Shown: in pieces, positions 55,687-64,000 of the stretch | How the letters are laid out: each line of letters starts with the position of its first letter | Numbering within the stretch: position 1 is the stretch's first letter | NCBI GenBank assembly: GCA_036172245.1 | Contig: JAYWIR010000002.1 | Coordinates: 4,526,001 to 4,590,000, forward strand | Direction of reading: 5' to 3' | Length of the DNA stretch: 64,000 nt | DNA from: Raillietiella orientalis | Lineage: Eukaryota | Made by a program: the position numbers and the translations under genes | The notes under the pieces: model-generated | Told to the model about the DNA's origin: nothing | Databases searched by the model: none | Seen by the model: only the letters and a program-made list of their open reading frames with translations

Positions 55687-57400
55687 CGGTTACACAAGGA
55701 CATTTATTTTGAAAACAAACAAAACATAAACAAACAATAAGTCAGAGTGAAAAAGAATCCCTCAGAAAAAAGAAATGTCAAAAAAAAAAAAAAAAGTCCT
55801 CCAGGTTGACCACCGGCCCGCGAGCTGGCTTCCAAAAAGTAGGGAACGGAGGAAAGAGGGGACAGTGAATAAGTGCAAAAAGACGGGAGGATGGGAATAG
55901 GGGTCTTTAGTATGAAAGGTTCCTTAATTTGTAGAAGCGGATCTGGACAGTGGCAATTTCTCCGGAGACTTCTTCTGGCAGATGATGTCACCTTGCTGCT
56001 GTCCTCATGAGAGCTGCTGCCATGCTGGTGGCCTCACTTCGTCACAAACTTGATTCCAACACGTAGCGGACCGTCACCATGGTCCGGTTGCAACAGATCG
56101 TTGCGATCACAGAGCCCTTCTGCAGTCCGCCTTCCGTGAAGAATCGCCGCAACAAGTTGGCTGCAGTGTCCTGCGGTCGCCGGAGCGCCAAAGCGAATCT
56201 CCTTCGAATGTCCTCCAGGGAGTCCAAAAAAAGAACAGTTCGGGAAGGCAGTTCCTCCGGAAACCAGGTGTCTGAGCTGATTGCACTGGAATCCCCAGTG
56301 CAGAAACAGCAGAACATCCTGTTTCCACCGGAACGGGAACACAGAGGTGTCCAGGCAAAGGGAAGGGACCACGAGTTCTTCGGGAGACACACCAAGCAGT
56401 TCACTCCACCGAAGGAATCCCTTCGCCTGGGAACGAGTAGCGCGCCGTCCACCAATGCGCTCGTCTTGCAGCCGTCGAGGAGTTTTTCGACTCCTTTAAT
56501 GTTTCAGGACAACTCTCACCCCGCCGGTCAGCTGCTGTCACTGCTTGTCGGGCAGACAACGCTGCGGCAAGGGATGTGACGGCTATCCGGGACCACTGAG
56601 TCCAATACTGCAAAAGATCTCCCAGCGGTTTGCGTAGGAGACCCTGCAGAGATCGCAGTTCCTTTAGGCGCACTTCCAAAGAGGTAGCCCAGGACTCCAG
56701 TGCCTCCGCCTCCGGACCCCCTAGTTTGTGGGGTGGCAGGAGATCAACGGGTAAGCTGCCAGTAGCGAGGACAAATGCATCAAGGGGTAGCCGAATCCGG
56801 TCCTCCGGCGTAGGATGCGCGGCAGCAGCGAAAGAAGCCCAACACCAGGAAAGGAAGGTGGAAGACGTCAGCTCTTCAAGGCGTCTTTGCGAACCAGAGA
56901 AGAAGAAACCTGTTGCTTTGATTGAATTCTGATTAGGAGCGAGAGCTTTGGCTAGAAAAGCCGCGCAAGTAGGAGAAAGGGAAGACAAGAAAGTGGCTGG
57001 TAAAAAATGGAATTATTTATGGTGTCCGGAAAGGATCGAAAAAAGTGGCGCGCCGGCGCGACGAGACCAAAATACTGTCAGATCCTTGTAGGGGGACGCT
57101 CAGCCGCTGCATCCATAAATTTTAAGGAGCTCCGCGCATACGGGGACCAGGCTGTGACAATCCTCGGTGGAAGACCGCACCAACCCAGGCGCGTGCGCGG
57201 TGGCTGCGGCGGCGAGAAAGTGGTTACTTTTCATCCCCTTCCCCTCTCCCTTCCCTTTGCGAGTTCCCCAAAGCAGCGGAATCCAACCACGTCCGCATGA
57301 GAGGGAGGGTCCCGTTTTAGGTTCGCTGACGATCAGAGGGTGGAGGGGGAATATACACAGATATGAATGTATTTAATCTTGTGTGTATTTGAAAATTCGA
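55687..57400 (-). mobile_element. Decayed L1/Tx1-like LINE 3' end (element C)
   Basis: Peptide IRRRFALALRRPQDTAANLLRRFFTEGGLQKGSVIATICC resembles the C-termini of elements A and D. T-rich 3' UTR, with AATAAA at 55708-55703 followed by a transition-decayed copy of the shared motif. Confidence 0.6.
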
Positions 57401-58399
57401 AAATTCACCCCCCTCCCTCCCCTCCAGCTATGATCTCAGCCGAAGAGCCGAGAAGGTGCCCGCTTCATAGGGAGCGCTTCTTCCTGCAAAGATGGATAAC
57501 GGAATCTTCGGGATGTGCCTCGAGAAAGAAAGCGGAAGAAAGCAGCTGCTCCCACTTGAAGATGGGCAGCATGACGAGGGAGATTCTCGAGATAGCCAAA
57601 CAAGAAATGCAGGAATTCCCCTTCCCTTCCTCCCTCCCTTCCTCAAGCGTCTCGATGGCGGCGCGCACAGGTGCGGTGCCGCCTGCCAGTAGGCGCAGGA
57701 TGCAGGCACCGCACTGCACGCACTCTCAGGGTTTCTTTTCGAAGTCTCCTGGACCGGAAGGAACGGGCGGATGTCGCCGATCCGAATGGAGTGCGCGGAA
57801 AAACGCGCATAGGGCGCGCGCAACAGGGCGGCGTTCCTGCAGAGGGGGAGAGTCCGGTACAGGTGATCCATGTCGCCAAGACAGTTTCAGGGGACTCAAA
57901 TCGGACCATTCGACCAAACACGGGGAAAGAAAGACTCACGGGATGGAACCGAATTCGGGAAACCTATCCTCTTTCTGGTCATGTGAGAGCAGCAGTTGGG
58001 AAGGAATGCTCAGGCAAACTCCCGTCATTGAAAAGGATGAGGGATGAAAAGGCACGCTGAACTCCATGGAGAACGCAACCAGGATTGCAGACTCATTTTT
58101 TCTTTTTGCTGTTCCCACTCTTTAGATGTTATCAGGGTACAAAGAGTTGCAATGCTTGCTGCTCAGCTGCCTCCGAAACTACTGTCGGCAGAAATGTGAT
58201 TTGCTTGTCGAGTTTTTCGCTCAAGAATGACTTATGAGCAGTTAAGAGATCAAGTTTCTCAGGCGTGGCATTCTAAAATTAACGGGATGCATTATTCTTG
58301 CTCTGAAGAGGCCGCCGATACGAAATCATAGGAGAACGGGAATGGCTGCTATGGGAAGACGAGTGGCAGCAAAAAAAAAAACATCGTGCTCGAACGATG

Positions 58400-59100
58400 C
58401 GAAGTGAGGCGGGAGAAATCTTTCCCAGAGGCCAGAGACGAGACGCGTTCGCGATCGTCCAAGCTCACTTCGGAGGAGCTATGGCCTTACTAAGCAAGGG
58501 TTTACGTATTGAGGTTTGGAAGGTGCCTCTGGGACTTCGATCAAAGTTGCGATGCAGACCCAATCGCTAGCTAGAAATGCGAACACCGATGGCCGTCTGG
58601 TCATGTTGCAGAGACATGTCGGATAAGATCGATTCCGATGAGATGTCGGACTGCATAAGATATTGGGTTGCTATTTCGGAATCGCCTTTATGCGGATGAT
58701 ATTCACTCGGTTTTCTGTTCCAAAAAACCTAGTTCAAATGGCGTGCATCGGGGGAAGAAACTTGAAAATTGCGGTGCAGAAAAGGGGTGCGGAAAGATCC
58801 TCCTTACGTTGGCCACAGTCTGTAAAGAAGAAATGCTGAATAAGCAGCAAGCGACTTTTGGATGTTTTCAGGGTTAGACGTCGTAGGTTAAAAGCCGTAC
58901 AATGAGGTGGCTAAGTTCTTGTTCAGAAAGAGCCGAGCTTGCTTCGCATATGATTCACCGTGATCCTCCATGGAAAAAAACGGCCATCAGTCGATAAACA
59001 TGGGATGTAAGCACCAGGAAGAATGTCTCAGAGTTTCCATGCTGATTCCGAGGATCATTGCGATTCATAAGATGGAGAGAAACCTCGTGTACACATCCCA
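58400..59100 (+). mobile_element. Decayed reverse-transcriptase fragment of a non-LTR element
   Basis: RLYADDI at about 58683-58703, preceded by WDFDQSCD (like DFxKAFD) at about 58530. Confidence 0.45.
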
Positions 59101-59899
59101 CAGCATTCACATTCTGAAGCGCTCTCGTCTCTAGCAAGAAGGATGTCAGAACTGGAACGAATTCACTTGAGGGATTTAGCTTGCGACGGCAGCCTCTCTG
59201 TCGTTGTTTGGGATCCTTTCTTCCAGGGACGCTCGATACGCTGACGTCAGAGCTCCTGCTACAATCCCTGGAATGAGTATTCTTGCTTCTACTCTTGTTC
59301 TACCATGCCTGTAAGGCCAAGTCAAGACCACTCATTCGGGAACCCCTCTTCTTAGTCAGCGCAGGCTACGGAGACTTGCCTCCTCTCCAATCGCATGATC
59401 TCCTAGCACTTTCAAATCTGTTTTTGGACATTTCCAACTCTCTTTCTTGTCTTCTTTCCAGGAAAGGAGTCGCGTGTTCCCTGCTCTTCCACGGGTAACA
59501 GAGACAAGATCACGCCGGAGAGTTCAGGAGACGTCGAGCATACGAAGGAGTGGCAACACCTCAGAGAAGAATTTCATAGAGGAAACCATGCATGAAGGTT
59601 TTCGAGTGAGCCTCTCTTAATAAGGACAAGAGGAAGCTAAGTCTTAAGGTAATATGTGAAGGATATGTGAGGATTCCCCGGCATTTCAAAAGGACTCCTC
59701 CGAAGGTGGCAGAAAGATTTGCCTTCCATAATTTGGCTTGGATGTGGAAAGTTAATTGTCTCGATTTTTTTCGAAGTATCCCCGAGCACCACGCATCGTT
59801 ATCACTTACTGAAACACATGTATATGCGCGATCTCGGGGGACTAACCAGGCTTCGAAATTGAACCAGGAATGGCCAGAGGTAGTCTGCTGTTGAAAGCC

Positions 59900-62800
59900 G
59901 CTGCCGCCGGATAGCAGCCTGGAATCTTCCGCCTTCCAGGGCGAGGCACAACAGAAAAACTTCCCCCCAAGGCGGGAGCGTGGAGCTGGACGGAGCAACC
60001 GCTTTCAGCAGGCGCTGCTGGAAACGCTTCTGACTTAAAGGGATCGCGAGAAAGGGAACGTTTGAACAGCTGCGATTTTGCGAGCTGTCTGCCAAGGTCC
60101 TCTGCCATTCCTCCTCCGACGATGGCCGAAAACTTCTGTTGATTCGAGGGGAAACCGGACAAGTACGAGAAGTTCCCTCTCTCTTCGCTCGCACATCATG
60201 AAGAGATCTGCTCCGGGGATCCTGCGAGGAGAAGGAAGAGCTCTTCTTCATCCCGAATCGGTAGAGCGAGAATTTGAGGCGGATTCCTTGGAACAGAGCG
60301 GTGAAGGAGCTGCTCGCAAGAGAAATGGAAACTTCGCTGCATTTGCATACGCTCCCATTCGGGTCTGCAAGCGTCACCAGCCGACAGCGGGAGCAAAGGT
60401 CATTTGTCTGTGCATCTTGTGCTTTCGGAAGAGTCCATGTTCTCGATACAGGGACTCTCGCCGCTTTCTCTCTTCAGGACGGACGCCATCTTGAGCTGCC
60501 AGAGAATCTGGTAGTAGAGGGGGAAAGTGCACTGAGAGCACTGTTAGGAATTTGAGTCGATAGTCCGAGTGAACATCTGGATCCTTCCAGCATATGTAGA
60601 CGTGTGAAGAGATGCACATTGAGAAAGATGACATATACGATGGAAAGATGTACGTATGATGAGGAAGATACGCTATATATGTGATGCTCGAGGAGAGCAT
60701 CACGCACTTTCGGGTTGCGAAGGCCTCCATCACGCTTTGGAATTTTGCCCGGAAATTAAGCGACATGCCAGGTGGCCAGAGTAGAATAGTTTTCAGCATC
60801 GCCAGTACGACAACAAGAGCAGAGGAAGAAAAACTCTCGGAAAACTCTTATTCTCCAGAGGACCGGCTCATAACTTCTGTTCCTTTCTTCCCTGTTCATG
60901 AGGCATTTTGATGGGAGCAGCTGAAGAACGAGCTTCAGTAGGTGCGGGGAAAACAAGTGCAAAGTTGAAAACGACTGGCTCCTTAAGAATGGCTATCTTG
61001 CAGCTGTCCCACGGCGGATGACCTGGAAGAATCCCTTCCCTTGAAAGGGTGTGCTGAATGTGTCGGCTTCGCGCTCTCACGCACCTCTTAACCCGTCTTC
61101 ACTGCAACCTTTGCCGCCTATCATGGCGAGGCGCGCGATTCGGCAGGTTGAGACAGGGGCGTTCCCTTCTTCTGTGCAGATTCAGATTCGGATTTGTACC
61201 GCGGATGGGGAAGTGTCTTTGGCACGTGTCTTCTTCCCCGGTGCTCACTCGGCATTCCAGACTGAGCGCAGCACTTGGGTCGCTGTGGTGGTGACGGCGA
61301 CGCGGCTCGGCCCGCGTGCTGACTGCGCTTTCCGCATTCCGAGGATTCCGTCAGATGTTCCCTTGGTGGTGGTGGTGCACTTTGGCAGTTTCTGTGCCCC
61401 GAAATCGAGTCTCCCTCCGGTTTCCAGGGTCCGAAGTCAACTAGAAAGTCTCATCCGAATGATGGAGAAATCCTTTCGGGTCCTGTTTTCGCAGCTATCT
61501 TTTCTTCAGGTGTTTCTCTTTTTTTTGGGTTCTCAAGGAGTGCTGAAGAACCGTTTGCCTCCTCAGGAGGAGCTCACGAAGCTCTTTGACACCACTCATG
61601 CCATCAGAGGGTGAGCGTGACTCTTCAAGTTGTATGGGGTTACCCCTGAGGGACTGCTGTATGAATCCAGGAAGACTCTGGAGGAAGGAGTCCGTTCCTC
61701 TGATGCTTAGCAGGAAAACCCCGAAGGGAACCACCTTTTCCTAATTCTCTCCGGAGAGGTCTTCCCGAAGGAGCCACTCCTCGCTTCTTTTCCTGAGGGA
61801 CCCTCTGGGAGGGACCCGCTCCCTGCTTCCTCCTCTGAAGAGAGCTCCAAAGGGATGCTTCCCATTTTCTCTAAAGGGCGCTCCTTGAATGGACCAGAGG
61901 GTATCTGACACTCTGGAGAGATACCAGATAGCTCCATGGCATGGCTTCGTTTTCCTAAATAAAGTCCCGAAGGACTCCTCGATTCCTGGAAGTATCCCGG
62001 ACTTTCAATCCCGACTACTTAACGTGGGCATCCGAGGTGTCCGGCTTACACCAGTGCCTCACCCGAAGCCACGGCTAGATGGGAGATTACTTTGGAAATC
62101 CCTGCAGGGGAAAAGGACTGGCGAGTGAACACGGGCCAGCTCACCGACACTGCGACCCTGATTGCTCCACCTCGCGGACTTTTGCACTGGGGCTTGGAGA
62201 TTGGGTATTCCAGAAGACCTGAAGTGGCCCCGGTGCTCGTGAACACCCTCACCCTCCCCTTGAAGTGGCAGCAGTCGGCATTGATGCTGCTGCACTGGAC
62301 CCTTCCGTTCAACGCCCGCCGGCATCGTTGAACAAGGGTGTTTGTGGATCCCAGCTGTGCAAGGTGCGGAAAGCGGCAATCCCTCCCGTGTCTGCTCGTG
62401 GACTGTGTTGCCATCCGGCCCCTTTGGGAACGCTTTGCTGCGACCCTTGGAACCCCCAGCGGCAATGTCAGATATGTTCTTAGGCGGCTCCTCCTGGAAG
62501 ACGCCCTCACTCCGGCCCCATCCCTAGCAGCACTGTGCTGCCCACGCGGCGGGACCGTGGCTGCATGGAGCAACGCCAGAGGAGGCCGGAACGACAGTGA
62601 CCCCATCTATTTTGCTGTCCTCCTCGTGAGGACAGAGCCAATATGGCCCATCTGGGAACCATTAAACAGGAACTTGCCGGCATCCTCACAAGGATGCAGA
62701 GAACACCCTCCAGCTCACGAGGATCCCTTCCGGAATCCCCTCATTTTTTCAACTATATGTTTTTTGTTTTATTTTTTGTCTCCTCTTCCCCTATGTTGCC

Positions 62801-62990
62801 GAGGCAAACCCCGCTGGCCTGTGTGCTAGGTCCCGGCAGGTTCTTTTTAGTTGCAAGTAAGTGGCAGGATCAAACGTCCTGCCATTTTACTTGCAACTAT
62901 CCACAGAGATTTATGTTTATTTTTTATAAATAAACGCCCCGGCGTGACTGGTTATTAACCACACCCGAATAGGCCGACCGTAGTCATCCT
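59900..62990 (+). mobile_element. Decayed L1/Tx1-like LINE, 3' part (element D)
   Basis: Zinc-knuckle remnant CARCGKRQSLPCLLVDC followed by LWERFAATLGTPSGNVRYVLRRLLLEDALTPAPSLAALCC. T-rich 3' UTR and AATAAACGCCCCGGCGTGA at 62929-62947. The 5' boundary is approximate. Confidence 0.65.
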
Positions 62991-64000
62991 GCGAGGGGGG
63001 GGAGGGAATTGAGACCTATGACGCACCTCCATATCTCAGCATCGATCCTCCACGTTGGGAATTTGAACCCGCGGCGCTTTGTGCCTCGTGCGGGCACTGC
63101 AGCCTCGGCCGCCGCCAACGCGGACGTTTGGAGCGCCCACACCGTTTAGAGCGTTTGGAATCCGCTTTCGTGCTGGTTTCGAGTCAGCTCCTAGGAGAAA
63201 GCGTTTTTTCTCTACTAAATCGATCTGCGGGAATCCGAACAGACCGACCCGAATCACATTTCTGGACCAAAGCGACCAAGCGAGTGAAGCTGTGGTATGC
63301 AAGAGGTCAGACGCCGTTGGGTGCAGTCTTTTCGGTCTTCGGAGTAAAAATTCGATCCCCAGCCGAAAGCGAAGCGAACGCGCGTTCCCAGAAAACCGGA
63401 GATGTGGTTCCGGAGAGCGTCGGGGTTCTTGGTATGGAGTATTCCATGCGGCGCCAAAGAGAGCGCAGGACACCGCCTGCTGCTCGCATTGAGGAGGACG
63501 ATGAGCTGGATGCAAAGGACTCCATCCACAAGGAAAAAATCGAACGCTTGGTGGACATTTTGTGCTTCTTTAACAGCACGCTGCTGAACAAGAGAAGCGA
63601 AGAAGAAAAAAAAAGATCCAGAGGACGGATCTGCTTCCGGAGCGGACGTTTCGCGAAGGAAGAGCTGAAACCTTCCAAGGCGAAAGTGCGGCATCCGTAG
63701 ATCCGAGTCCGTCCTTCCCCCTTGGAGTCTGGGAGCATCCTTTCCGATCTAGAATTTCTTTCCTCACTATGGAGGATCACCGGGGACGCTCTCGCGGTCT
63801 ACACATCATTCACACTGGCGCTACATGATCTAGATCCAAGGCACATGGACGACGCGTACTGATTCAAAGCCGTCTTCTCCGGAACCCCGTTGCTTCTTCT
63901 TACTATTCCTCAGCTCCCATGAGTCACGCCACCGACTTCCTGGAACCACGGAAGGCTCGTGAATCTGCGGTGATGAAGAGTACGTGATTTGAATGTGTCG

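Overview
This is eukaryotic (invertebrate animal, probably arthropod) genomic DNA, so most ORFs in the six-frame track are spurious and the real genes were rebuilt by hand from GT-AG exons. Five protein-coding genes are supported: SQOR (+, 7 visible exons, 5' end not in the window), CTDSPL2 (+), KTI12 (-), a FAM114A homolog (-) and an intronless SLC35G/EamA transporter (-). CTDSPL2, KTI12 and FAM114A lie in an AT-rich, CpG-poor island (about 19-31.5 kb) with mostly 41-54 nt introns, and the CTDSPL2 and KTI12 stop codons are only 3 bp apart. The rest is largely GC/CpG-rich decayed transposon sequence. It includes a NeSL/Utopia-clade retroelement with a U2 snRNA-like 15-mer at its presumed 3' junction, two hAT-type MITEs, and several divergent L1/Tx1-like LINE relics sharing a 3' motif (AATAAAC-N5-GGCGTGA) and a C-terminal peptide signature. 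A short peptide-coding stretch at 17.56-17.66 kb resembles Wolbachia-type YajC, which suggests an old endosymbiont-to-nucleus insertion. All homology calls come from recalled family motifs; no database search was run. No complete novel multi-gene system could be established.
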